Shown here: piece after piece, positions 26,391-38,015 of the stretch | How the letters are laid out: each line of letters starts with the position of its first letter | How positions within the stretch are numbered: position 1 is the stretch's first letter | NCBI RefSeq assembly: GCF_006345805.1 | Contig: NC_042999.1 | Coordinates: forward strand, 92,938,001 to 93,002,000 | DNA length: 64,000 nt | Source of the DNA: Octopus sinensis | Taxonomy: Eukaryota | Direction of reading: 5' to 3' | Made by a program: the position numbers and the translations under genes | Notes under the pieces: model-generated | Told to the model about the DNA's origin: nothing | Seen by the model: the letters and a program-made list of their open reading frames with translations, nothing else | Databases searched by the model: none

Positions 26391-26412
<22 letters not shown>
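22330..26412 (+). mobile_element. Near full-length R4/Dong-clade RLE non-LTR retrotransposon with (TAA)n tail
   Basis: Single long broken ORF: N-terminal KRIKWIRDDY..KAFY domain; RT motifs WKTPGLD, PKNYRPITCL, WIDYRKAYDSVPH, GIFQGDSLSPLLF and FYMDDLKL (~24720); CCHC knuckle CRFC..ETIDHLVSGC; RLE RPDIIVKD...IEV...K..KY. The ORF ends at 26229, a 3' UTR hairpin lies at 26312-26350, then (TAA)n follows. The 5' boundary is approximate. Confidence 0.9.
22391..26229 (+). pseudogene. R4/Dong polyprotein (DNA-binding N-term, RT, zinc knuckle, restriction-like endonuclease) with several stops and frameshifts
   Basis: ORFs 22391-23251, 23261-23671, 23695-23925, 24067-24708, 25097-25963 and a final frame to 26229 are collinear pieces of one protein. 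Confidence 0.88.
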
Positions 26413-26413
<1 letters not shown>

Positions 26414-26421
<8 letters not shown>

Positions 26422-26647
26422 ACGCTACTGGACCTGGAATTACCGCGGTTTATGGCTCCAGACTTGCCCTGCGGTGGATCCCCACTAACGGATTTGAAGT
26501 GTACTTATTCCGATTGTGGGGCCTCGACAGAGTCCCGCGTCGTTATTTTTCGTCATCCCCCCCCCCCACATGCCAGGAATGGGTAATTTGTGCGCCTGCT
26601 GCCTTCTTTGATTGAGGTAGCTGTTTCACATGCTCCCTCTCCGGCAT
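26414..26647 (-). pseudogene. 18S rRNA gene fragment (~230 nt, diverged)
   Basis: Plus strand reads tttaatatacgctaNtggaNctggaattaccgcgg...cagacttgccct...gttatttttcgtca...tgggtaatttgNgcgcctgctgcctt...ggtagcNgtttcNcaNgctccctctccgg. This is the reverse complement of the conserved eukaryotic SSU rRNA region around the 530 loop. Confidence 0.93.
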
Positions 26648-26654
26648 AATAATA

Positions 26655-27057
26655 TGTCCTCATGCAATACAAGGCTCATGACTTCTGATCTTAACTGAAT
26701 GAGACTGTTATCATGTATATTCTTTTGTCTTGGTATAAGAGAATGGGCTGAATTCTTTGGGGTTTGAATAATTAACCTCTGGAAACATGGGCCTTTCATT
26801 CATCACATTTAATCAACCCTTATACAGAGCTATTTTGAGCGGGATGTGCTACTCAACTTGAAGAAAATTCTAACTAGGACCCAACTGCAATTTCATGCGC
26901 TATTTATCTTGATATCAGATCACCATGCCGCGCATATCTGGTTGTGATGCATGTAGCTATTGTACCTTTATCAGACAAATAGTCATGATGGGTATACTGG
27001 GCTTCGTATATTTGTATCCCATTATCACTTTGATGGCATGCACTGCTCTCTCACTCA
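26655..27057 (+). repeat. Unclassified segment ending in a long (AAT)n array; possible retroelement 3' tail
   Basis: Sits between TAA remnants and runs directly into (AAT)n at 27058-27167. No protein motif was recognised. Confidence 0.3.
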
Positions 27058-27072
27058 ATAATAATAATGATG

Positions 27073-27167
<95 letters not shown>
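27058..27167. repeat. (AAT)n array
   Basis: Direct observation. Confidence 0.97.
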
Positions 27168-27168
<1 letters not shown>

Positions 27169-27603
27169 TGTCTCCCTAATCGATGCTCAGAGGCCAGACG
27201 TTGTTGTGGCAGGAAAAGGAAAAAAAGGATTGCAATACCTGGAGATGCCAGCAAAAAACTTGAAAAAAATTTTAAAGTACAAAATACTAAAAGATGAAAT
27301 TGCAAGAATGTGAACTATGAGGAGAGTTTCAGTCATTCCAGTAGTTGTAGGGTCACTCTGAGCACTAACAAGTCTAAGAAATATGTCAGAGATATCAGAA
27401 TTGACTTGAGAGCAGATCAAGCTGAAAAAACTGCTCTGCTTGGGATAGCTACAATTTTGAGATTGGTACTTGGCTCTAGAATGCCTCCTACGATAATTAA
27501 CAGCCAAATATCAAAGTTTATAATTTGAGGAAAGAGACCTTGTGAGACTCTGACAGCAGACTCTCACATAATCCATCAAAGCGAACAGGATCGAGCGCTC
27601 TGA

Positions 27604-27605
<2 letters not shown>
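27168..27605 (+). mobile_element. 3' fragment of a second R4/Dong-type RLE LINE between (AAT)n arrays
   Basis: Broken translation RPDVVV..., IAIPGD, KYKILKDEIARM*, VSVIPVVVGSL, EKTALLGIATILRLVL parallels the C-terminus of the 22.3-26.4 kb element. There is a 3' hairpin gtgaga..tctcac. Confidence 0.8.
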
Positions 27606-27635
<30 letters not shown>

Positions 27636-27665
27636 GTAATGATAATAATAATAATGGTAATAATG

Positions 27666-27734
<69 letters not shown>

Positions 27735-27745
27735 GATAATAACTT
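27606..27745. repeat. (AAT)n array
   Basis: Direct observation. Confidence 0.97.
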
Positions 27746-28171
27746 CAATAATTAACATACATGCAGAGTTTTCTCTGCAACTCTCTGTTTGACTCTGTCC
27801 CTACACCCCTTCCTCTCTTCTCTCCTCCCTCTCTTCTCCGCCCTCCCTCTCTTCTTCGCCTTTCCTCACTTCTCTGCCCTCCCTCTCTTCTATAAACTCC
27901 CTCTCTTCTCCCCCTCTCTTCTCCCCCTCTCTCTGAATATATAACACGAAAACACTATTGTTACACTTCACCGCTTACTAAATTTATTTATACTTTAATC
28001 AAGAAACTGCGGGAAAACAGCTGATGATGTTTATATACATCCTTGCATAATGCATGCGGTATATGTATGTATATGTGTATATATATATATACATATACAT
28101 GCATACATACTTATATATATATATATATATGTATATACATGCACACACACACGCACACACACACAAACATA

Positions 28172-28389
28172 TACAGGGTTATTCAAAAGTAAATCGAAAC
28201 CATTTAATCCTAAGATTTATTTATGTTTAACAACTGAATGAATTTAATAAAAGAATTTAAACATGAAGCATCATGAAAATTCTTCAAATGCTTGAGCAAC
28301 ACATTTTTCCAATCAAGTGAATACAGAATTACAGATAGTATTTATGGAATTTTGAGTTACTGTCGAGTGACTTTTGACCAGTCCTATAT
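28172..28389. mobile_element. Tc1/mariner-type MITE (degenerate TIRs)
   Basis: Left end TAcagggttattcaaaagt; reverse complement of the right end TAtaggactggtcaaaagt. Confidence 0.45.
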
Positions 28390-29499
28390 ATATGTATATC
28401 GATGTACGAATTTGTATAAAGTGATCATATACATACGCACTCAAAGACTCACACGCGCAAACATACAGTAAATCTACGAAAATCACGACTTAAAGTAATA
28501 AAACATTGTTAAGATGAAATACGCTATTCAAATGCAAAAAATTAGAGTTGCTGATAATTGCATAATCAGTTAACATGTATCATATTTCGCAGCAACATAT
28601 CTGGCGGTAAAGCCTTAAATTTCAAATATACTTCATACCTCTATGAACTCCAACAGCTGTTTCATTACGATAAACAACATCATATGTATAAATGCATAAT
28701 TGTCATACTAAATGAAGTAAAATTATATGTATTTAAACACTATGTTAAGCAAAATGGGGAGGAATATTTGTTCTATGTTGAACGGTTATCGGATGTAAAT
28801 ACATTGAAAGAGAATGAAAAACACAGGAGGGAGCGGAAGAACAACAATAAAAATCTAAAAATATGAATAAGTAAATATACATACGAATATACATTACTGT
28901 CTGCATACTTTGGTGAAGTACACCTACCAACATTATGATGGATTTTCGAATTCCCAGAAACAACTATTGGACTTATAACGCCTTACCTTCTCCCACATAG
29001 TTTTCCCTATCGTTTGTAATGTGTACATTTGATCTATTAATATATAAATATCTATATAGTTATACTTAAATATTCATCGTCTAAAACTTTCTTTCTCTTT
29101 ATATACATACATAGAAATATGCATACCTATCTATCTGTCTGGACTTACCTCAAACCAAGAAACACAGAGTTGGGCAACAAAATCAATCTCCCTATTTCAC
29201 CAAATGTTTCACATGAAATGAGGTTTAGTGAGCGTGTAGCAAAGTAAACGGCGGTGCTCCCAGCATGGTCTGAAACTAAGAAAAAGAAAGGATAAAAAAA
29301 CAGAACAAATTGCAAAATATTATACACTGAATTAGAACGGAAGGAGATAAAGGATTCCACATCGATGTAGGGGCATGACTGCAATGGAAAGAAGCTTGCT
29401 TCCCACTCTGCAGCACCTTGTACATGTCTCTTCATCTATCACGGACCGCCCAAAAACTTATGAGAGAACTTGGTTCACACAAACCTAAAGAAAACCATC

Positions 29500-29572
<73 letters not shown>

Positions 29573-29820
29573 ATATTTCGGAATGGTCATATTGCCAGTT
29601 TAGCCAACAAATATTTAAATATATATACATATATATATTACAAAATTAGAGAATGGAGAAACATACTTAAATCAATAAAACATCAACTATCAGATGATAC
29701 CCAATCAATACTTTAATACAGCATTACATATCAGTAAAGGCATTATACAAAATATACAGTAAGAGTAAATAGACAAAGAGATATAAGTATAAAATTTCCA
29801 ATATAATATGTAATTAAATC

Positions 29821-29936
29821 AAATCTGACAGCTGTTTCGGCAGTGAGGGCAGTCATACCTCATTTAACCTATAAGCCATAAAGGCAGGTATAAATGAGGC
29901 ATTAACAAGGATGCCCCACGGCCTCTTCAGAGAATT
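29821..29936 (-). ncRNA. Type I minimal hammerhead ribozyme with extended helix II
   Basis: AATTCT-CTGAAGA-[GGC...85-nt hairpin...GCC]-GAAA-C-AGCT-G-TC-AGATTT. The core is intact, the cleavage triplet is GUC, and helix III is palindromic (ACAGCTGT). Confidence 0.8.
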
Positions 29937-30272
29937 AAATTTGTTATAATTGTGAAAAAGATTATTTAACCATATACATATAAATATAAAAATATAAAAA
30001 TGTAAAATATAAAAACTTATACATAAACTTCATAATGCTACACTTATATAATATAATACTCATTGGTACAATAATGGAAGGTAAACAGAACAAAATAAAA
30101 CAAAATATATATCAGTGTATATATTAATATTAATAAGCACCGATATTATACATATTTGGCTAATAGTTTTTAAAAAAAAGTAACACATAGGGAGATGAAA
30201 AATAATAATTAAAACCATGGTTCAGTTCATAAAATTATAAAGCTATAAAAGTCAATAAAAATTACTATTAAT

Positions 30273-30309
<37 letters not shown>

Positions 30310-31954
30310 GATACAGTTATGTTTGCACCAAGTCCATCCTTTCAAGATCGAAATAACTATGAGTTTAGAAATACTGACCACTAGGTAATGATAATTTAGA
30401 TTAATTCGATTGGCTATTGGTTTGAAATTTAAATCACAAAAGAAATTATACGGTTGGTTAGTCAAGGAACGCCAATATTCATACGCGCATCTACAGATCA
30501 ATCGCACATACACACATAATTATATGTATACACATACACTTATACACATACATAACCACAAGCAACAACTAGCACATAGATAAACAAAAAGGGAAGCAAC
30601 TATGCTGCCATTTAGTCCTTCAAAATTATAACTATGCCTCAAATAACGAAAATGATCCACTCAAGCGTTTCATAAAATATTTAATTTAAAGATAGAAATA
30701 TATTTTTAAATATCAGTATGTTACGAAGTCAGATACTATTTCATTGGGTTACTTAAAATTTATAACACCGGTTTGTTGCATAGTAAACATACGGTTGTTA
30801 GATTTACCGTAAGTTTGTTATGATTCCAAGTACACTAAGTTATAAAATATAAAATATATATTAATTTATATATTATAAATATATCTCTTATTTACTTAAT
30901 AAATTTAATGCCATAATATACCAGTTTAGGCATTAAATAATATCAACAAGGGGAAGTACTAATGCAAACGCATATGAGAACATCCCAGAAATTAAAAAAA
31001 AATTTATATTATAAATACTTAAGATAAAATGTGATAAAATAAATAAGAAGGAATAAATACGGTTATACACATATTATAAGTACAAACCAGTATATATATA
31101 TTCATATATTATTAAAATAAAATAAAAATAAATGATAGATATGTATGTATAAAACTACACTTGTATAAGTAAATAAGTAAAAAATAAATAGATAACAAAT
31201 TAGATGACTTGATATGTATGTAAAAATCTACACTTAAATAAGCAAATAAATAAATAATTAGAAGACTAAATGCAGAGATTGATAACATTACAATAAAATA
31301 AATAAATAAATAAAGTGAATATATATGTTATATTGATGAAAGTAAATATGTATGGAAGGATAATTTAAAGTACAGATCCAGAGGACTATAGATATAAACT
31401 AAATATATAAGGCTGGTAATATTTATAAAGCCAAATGTATGCAAATTAAAAAAATGAAAAAGGTTTATTAGTAAATAGCATAAGATACAAATTAAGGTGA
31501 GTACAAAGAAAGACCAAATATACAATATAAACCTGCCAAATAAACACATACAAAAAACCTATATTCTCAACCTAAACAAACCAAACTCATTAAAGGCTCT
31601 CATATATTACATATTATACAATAGCATTACATTATCTAGAGCTAGGTATCTAACCAGGATATACATATATACTATGCAATATTAGAAAACTTCAAAAATC
31701 ACATATTACAAGGCAAATACCAAAATGAATATGTTATTTCATGTCATATTGCATTTCCCTTAAAAAACAAACAAAAACCCACATATAAAAAAACAAGAAA
31801 CAAATAATACTAGACACATCTATTATTATTATACAAATGTAGCTATAAAAATTATAAAATTATAAATTTATAAGTTGCATACTTTAGAATTATAGAAGAC
31901 CACTGGTATAGTTAGTTATAGAAGGGAGTTAAAAAATTATTAATAGTGGAAGTG

Positions 31955-34072
31955 CTAAGTTCTATTTGAATCTAGAAAAGGTGAACGGTAGCCTATGAAT
32001 GCAAAAGAAGTTTTTTTCATTATGTTGTTAATAATTTGCCGACCCGCTTTAATAATGAAAAAAATTTCATTAATACATAGAGAGCATTTTTTATTTTTTC
32101 CATTATACCCAGGTGCTGAAGTTAATATTTTCCAGTTTAATCTAAAATCTAAGTTCTTACTTTTAAGTTCCCAGATGTATGCACTTAGCCCTGTAGAGTA
32201 CATTCTATTTTTATTTCTAAAAGTATATCTGTGATAATTCAATCTTTGTTTTATGCTATTCATAGTTGCCCCGATGTACACCCTACTACTCAATTGTGTA
32301 TCTACAGTGCATTGGTAAACTACCTCCTTCCTGAGGCATTGATTACCAAACACACATTTATTTCTGTTTCTGAAATTACAAAGATTAACAGAATGAGGTA
32401 ATCTAAGATTGGTCCCCACCCCTATACTACCATTCACATTATAAGTGTTACAATTGTTATCATCATCCAAACCCAAAATCAACGAATGAGTTAATTTCAC
32501 ATTATTGGCTATATTCCTATCACTAGTACTAGTATTGGTAGTAGCAGTATGATCTATTACATTTATATTATCTCTAACAGGTACGGTGCACTCATTATTA
32601 GTAAGGGGGTTGTTCACATTCGTTCCAAGAAAGTTTCTGTTCCTATTATTATTAAAGAGGGGCAGATTTCCATTGTCTAAATTCAATTTTCTATCCTTAT
32701 AGAAGTGATCCAGTTTCCTGTTATTAAAAGAAGAGATAATGGTGGCTAGATTATGAGTAATGCTATATCCCACTCTAACAGTACCGTTGTTAATTAAAGG
32801 ACTAAATTTATTCTTATCCTTACCAAAATGCCTAAATATAACATTATGCAAAGCTCTCACTATGTTTGTTTTAATCTGCATTGCATATAGGATAATCAAC
32901 CAGAGTGTATCCTTATCAGAATTAGGATTGCCTATAGAATTATTGTTATTTGTAAAAATCCTATTCCTAGACCAACCCATAGGATTACTATTCTTACCAC
33001 TGTCATTGTTATATCTATCTATATCAATATTCCCATGATTATTGCACAAGTAAACTTTACCATTATCATGTCTACCATAAGTTTTAATATGTATATTATT
33101 ATTAATATTACTACTATTACCCGTATGCTCAGATCTATTTGAGCTACCGTTCACCTTTCCGAGGTTAACATCACTTCTACATTTATTATAGGTGTTATCA
33201 TATATTCTATTTTTACTATTCTTATGTTTATTGTTGTTTATCCTAAATCTATTGGTGTTGTTCCTGATAGTTCTACCTCCTTAGGTATAAACCATATCTT
33301 ACTTTTGTATCCTGCCTTAAGCAATGCTGCATTGTATCTATCACAATGCTTGTTAAAAATTTCCTCGTTAGAGGATAAACTAGAAATTCTCTGACTAATG
33401 CTACGCACTAGTGCATTTTTAATTTGAGGGGGGTGATTACTTGAACGGTTAATATATATTAGGTTAGAATTAGGTTTAATATAGGGTTCATGTAAACCAT
33501 TAGTAATGTTACAATTAACATCTAAATAATTAGCAGAATAATTTTCACTTTCAATGATAATGGATAGGCCGAAACTTTTAAAAAAATTATTTATTCTTTT
33601 TTTCAGAAGATCTAATCTCCTATTAGAACACAAAATAAGGCGTCATCCCTGTATAATCCACCTTTTAATTCAGGGAATTCCCTACTAAAGTTATCTAATA
33701 GATACATCCCAACTAGATCAGTCACCTCCGCCGAGTCCGGCGATCCCATTGTGATATCGAACAAGTTGGGTGTGTCCTTTCTAGCCCAAAGTTTATTATC
33801 AAACTCTATTAAAGTTTTCTTGGCTGTTAATATAACGTTAATCTCCCCCCATACTTAATTTAGTGTGTTTTCTAGCAAAAATTAAGGACTTATTTAATAT
33901 AATAGGGTTAATGGAAGTGTAATAATTCTGTATATCAAATTGGATGAATTTATTTCTATTATAGCTAAAGTTGTTATTGTCACAGACCTTAATGGCAGAA
34001 AACCAATCCAAAGCACCCTGAGTATTCTTCCAAAGGTTTAGTTTGATTTTACTGCGGATGGTGGGTAGATAT
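31955..34072 (-). pseudogene. PLE RT-GIY-YIG polyprotein, frameshifted, with Asn-rich insertions
   Basis: ORFs 33238-33633 and 31955-33154 plus the RT core at 33640-34070. Confidence 0.85.
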
Positions 34073-34101
34073 TTATATACATATATATATATATATATAT
34101 A

Positions 34102-34299
34102 TTACGGAGATGTACTCGCATAGCAAGTAATTTGATCTGAGATCGTGTGCTGAAACGAAAACAATTGCAGCGTGGAAGGTGTTTATAAGCCATTTAAGAA
34201 ATACACAAAAGCCGTTCGATTCACTTCAACATTTAAGTTTAATTCGTCAAAATATTTTCGTCGCTAAAATCCGCGACCTGTTCACTGACAAAGTCCGTG

Positions 34300-34300
<1 letters not shown>
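34102..34300 (-). mobile_element. 199-bp non-coding unit between (TA)n tracts carrying a variant HHR; probable PLE pLTR-derived element
   Basis: Sharp boundaries against (TA)n on both sides, with an HHR fold at 34243-34292. Confidence 0.65.
34243..34292 (-). ncRNA. Minimal hammerhead-like motif with G3-C8 swapped core
   Basis: TTTGTCA-GTGAACA-G-GTCGC(ggatttta)GCGAC-GAAA-ATAT-TT-TGACGAA: 7-bp helix I, 5-bp helix II and palindromic AAATATTT in place of helix III. Confidence 0.65.
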
Positions 34301-34337
<37 letters not shown>

Positions 34338-34426
34338 TATATATATACATACATACATACATACATAATATATATATATATACATATATATATACATATA
34401 TATATATATACATATATATATAATAT

Positions 34427-34457
<31 letters not shown>

Positions 34458-36270
34458 ATTGTCGAACGATGAAAATGAGTGCTCAGCACCGCGGTGATGG
34501 ATGTAATTTCTTTATTTGTGAATTAAGGCTACCATTAATTTCATGTTAAATAGGAAAATATCGTAGTGTCTTTACATATATATGATTTTATTCCACACAG
34601 GTAGAAATATAGGAAAAATAGAAGTGGAAAATGCACTAAGAATATTTAAAATATATTTTATTAATATATTTAAAGCTTTAACCTCTTTCACAATTTACAC
34701 TGATTTTCAAAAACTTCAAATAGAAAGATGTAGCTTTTGCTGTAGCTGTCTTGCTTCTGACTAGTGTTTTAATCTTACCCTATTTTTATTAGGAGTTCAT
34801 GGCTTTAATTAGTATAGGTTTTGAGTAGTATTTGATTGGTAGAGGATAGTCACATGACTGGTCTTAGAAATGTTTGTAGGTTCCCCTCTGCGTCCGTGTG
34901 TTTGTATCAAATAACAATGTTTAGCGTAGTAATTTAAGGCTGATACGATTGACTGAACATGCCCAAAGAATCAATGCACTGTGTTCTGTCAAGTGTTTGT
35001 ACAGAAAGGACATATGATTAAGTTTATAACATTTTAGACGTTTTCTTCTAAGTCCGTGCGTTAGTCTCACGTGACAATATCTTTTCGCCTAAAAAAAATG
35101 TTATCATTTGTTTGAAATGATTACAAAGCGACGCAGAGCATGGCTGCTGTCACATGACTGAAACAAGTAAAAGATGAAACTTATTATTTCAATTATATTA
35201 ATATTATTGATCGGACCATCTATATCAGTTACTTTGTGAAAGACGGGAAAACAAAAAAAAGACAAAATCATTCGGCAGCGTGGTGAGTGAATTAATGCCT
35301 TATTTGGCTGTGCTATTTGCATATATTTACTCCCATCGCATGCCTATGGACAATCCGTCGCTACTGTTGCAGAAACAACAGTGATTGGAAAATTGCTGGT
35401 GTTGCAATTAGCTGCATGACAGAATAAAATCTGTCATGTGCAACAAAAACGAGGTTAGGTTCATATAGCTATATGCGTAATGCAAATATACTAATTACCA
35501 ACGGTAATCGACTGGAGATAATATCTCGTATGGATCTACTTCGTTTGAAAAGAGATATATATAAGAAGCAAGAGGAATTCGTTGAACATTAGCGGTGAGA
35601 ACGCTAGATGCGTATATTTGCCTTCTTGGGCTTTGTCATATGTTCGCTGCCAACCTCATATCCAGACAAAATTCGTTGCTACTATATTATAGGAGAAATG
35701 CTTTCCTTAATTCGAATTTGGCAATATATTTACAGTTAGTATGATTAGCAGATGACTATTTTATTCCAGCATTTTATTCTATTAAATGTGAGAGAATATT
35801 ATTGAACCGGGAGGTTAATTGTAAAACCAGCTATTTTTTTTTTATTTGATTATACCTTTCCCATATCAGTAGTAAGAGGTTTTACCTCAGGATCCATTGC
35901 TGTGAGTACATGTCACTGACAAGGTACAACTGAGCAGAAATGCATATCGAGCGAGGAGTCTGCATTAACTTGCTCTTTCTCACTCACTCTGTCTGTCTGT
36001 CTGTCTTTACTTCCCTATACTATTAATTTCTATGGCTTTACTTCTCCCTGTTATCTCAGTCTCTTGATCTAATAGTTTTCCGATTAACAGCAACCAACAT
36101 ATCACACATTTTGAGTAAACACAATTTTTGCTTTAATTTATATTTACATCATTTCACTTTATGACGTACCACAATTATAACTTTCTGCATTGGGTGGTAT
36201 TTAACTTAATGAAACAGCCGGCGATTGTAATTAAAGTTTGACCTACGTGAAGTTTTCCATGCATATAATA

Positions 36271-36317
<47 letters not shown>

Positions 36318-37206
36318 CGAGAGAGAGAGAGAGTGAAAGAGAGAGAGATGCATAAATATATTTGCATGTATATATACTTATATATATTAAACACATAAAA
36401 ATACATAATTTCATCGGACTATTAAGGTAGAAAGGTATCTATTTGATTGCTTTACGTTTCATAAATCAGTTTAACATTGACTTAACACCAACCAGTCACC
36501 CGATTTTATTTTTTGCTCGGCTACTAATTATTCTGTATTTATTTAAAAGAACGTCAAATCGATTCCTAAAGAGCAAATCTAAATTAAAGGATAATAAATC
36601 TATCAAACAATTTTTGGCAAAGCGCCATCTATAATGGTTTATGCCGAAATTTTGAAATCATTAAAATCATTGGAAATTTATATATTGCATTGTGTTTGAA
36701 ATTAATCATTTGCAATTCAAGTTAAGCTCATCGTCTGCTTCTCCCAGTTCTTCTCTAGTTGTCTGTATTTCTGTCTTTCTTTCTGTAAATTATTCATTGA
36801 AATATCATTTATTTTTACGGAGCTCTTTCGTTTTGTCATTTTCTATGTTGTAATTTGCTCTTGGGTATATATTCGTTTATATGTTTGTTTCTTTTCTGCG
36901 CGTATGAGTGAGTGAGTGAGTGTGTGTGTGTGTGTATGTGTGTATTAATGTGTGTGTATGTGTGCATGTGTATATGCCTCTTTGTTTATATCTGAACATG
37001 CACGTTTATAGAGAGAAATGCATTTTGATCGTAATGTTCCGCTCCCATTCTCATTATTTTTTGTCATTCTATTTTTTCTTTAACATATAAGTCTCTCTTT
37101 CTCTCTCTCTCACTCAATCTATTTATCTCTCTATTTGTCTGTCTGTCTATGTGTCTATTTATCTATTCATCTATCTATGTGTGTGTGTATGTGTGTGTGT
37201 GTGTGT

Positions 37207-37520
37207 GGAGGCGCAATGGCCACTGGTTAGGGTAGCGGACTCGCAGTCGTAGGATCGCGGTTTCGATTCCCAGACCGAGCGGTGTGAGCGTTTATTGAGC
37301 GAAAACACCTAAAGCTCCATGAGGCTCCGGCAGGGGGTGGTGGCGATCTCTGCTGTACTCTTTCGCCACAACTTTCTGTCACTCTTTTTTTCTGTTGGCC
37401 TCCTCGCTTAGGCAGCGGGGTGGCGTCATTTGAAAGCTAAAACAATACGAAGCGCATTGTGATCAGCGATGTCTAGCAACATCTGATAGTCTGGTCGATC
37501 ACGGTGATCATGGTGATATG
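37207..37520 (+). mobile_element. tRNA-derived SINE
   Basis: tRNA-like head ggaggcgcaatggccactggttagg...ggtttcgattccc (A and B boxes), followed by a non-tRNA GC-rich body. It starts at the end of a (TG)n tract. Confidence 0.8.
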
Positions 37521-37529
37521 TGTATATGT

Positions 37530-37560
<31 letters not shown>

Positions 37561-37795
37561 AAGAGAGATAGATAAATATATACACACACATACACACACA
37601 TATATATGCATACAAGTATATTTGTACTTACACGCACGTAGCTATGTTCTTACACATACACACGTGAGAGAGTTGCGTGAGTGGAAGTGTGTTGTCAGTC
37701 ACAGTTTCTTTTTGCATGCCCTGTGTCTCATGCATGTATACACGTCTAATGCTTCTATCTACCTATTCCTGTATGTGATCATATGCATATGCACG

Positions 37796-38015
37796 TGCGA
37801 GGGATGGCGAAAAGTTTCTGGTTTGGGGTAAAAAAAAATTCAGGAAGATCAGTTCAATACAATTATATTTAATATATTCCCCTCTTAGATTTGCACACTT
37901 ATTTCAGCAGTCCTTCAGTTTTTCTAAACCCTGTAAAAGAACTCGGAATGTTTTATCTCCAATCAGGCCTTTCGCAATATCCTTAAAACCAGGACCATTC
38001 CGACACACCCTCGTA
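37796..38015 (-). mobile_element. Mariner-derived MITE (~220 bp)
   Basis: Degenerate TIRs (t.cgaggg...gaaaagtt / ...ccctcgta). The internal sequence is the reverse complement of 49682-49889. Confidence 0.7.

Larger units (their letters stand above)
29640..34072 (-). mobile_element. 5'-truncated Penelope-like retroelement (RT + C-terminal GIY-YIG, Hydra-clade-like motifs) with ~2.3-kb AT-rich 3' region, bounded by (TA)n
   Basis: Minus strand reads LWKNTQGALDWF, FIQFDIQNYYTSI, FDITMGSPDSAEVTDLVGMYLL, GLYRDDA (33642-33653), NYLDV, YINRSSNHPPQI, LLKAGY, then CNFRNRNKCVFGNQCL..VVYQC...YIGAT..IKQRLNYH..TGLSAYIWELK..CSLC. An HHR lies near the 3' end. Confidence 0.9.

Noticed and set aside
37207-37285. 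tRNA gene
   Set aside because: It has A/B boxes but no acceptor-stem closure and continues into a SINE body; the same applies to the heads at 16398, 44133 and 52432.
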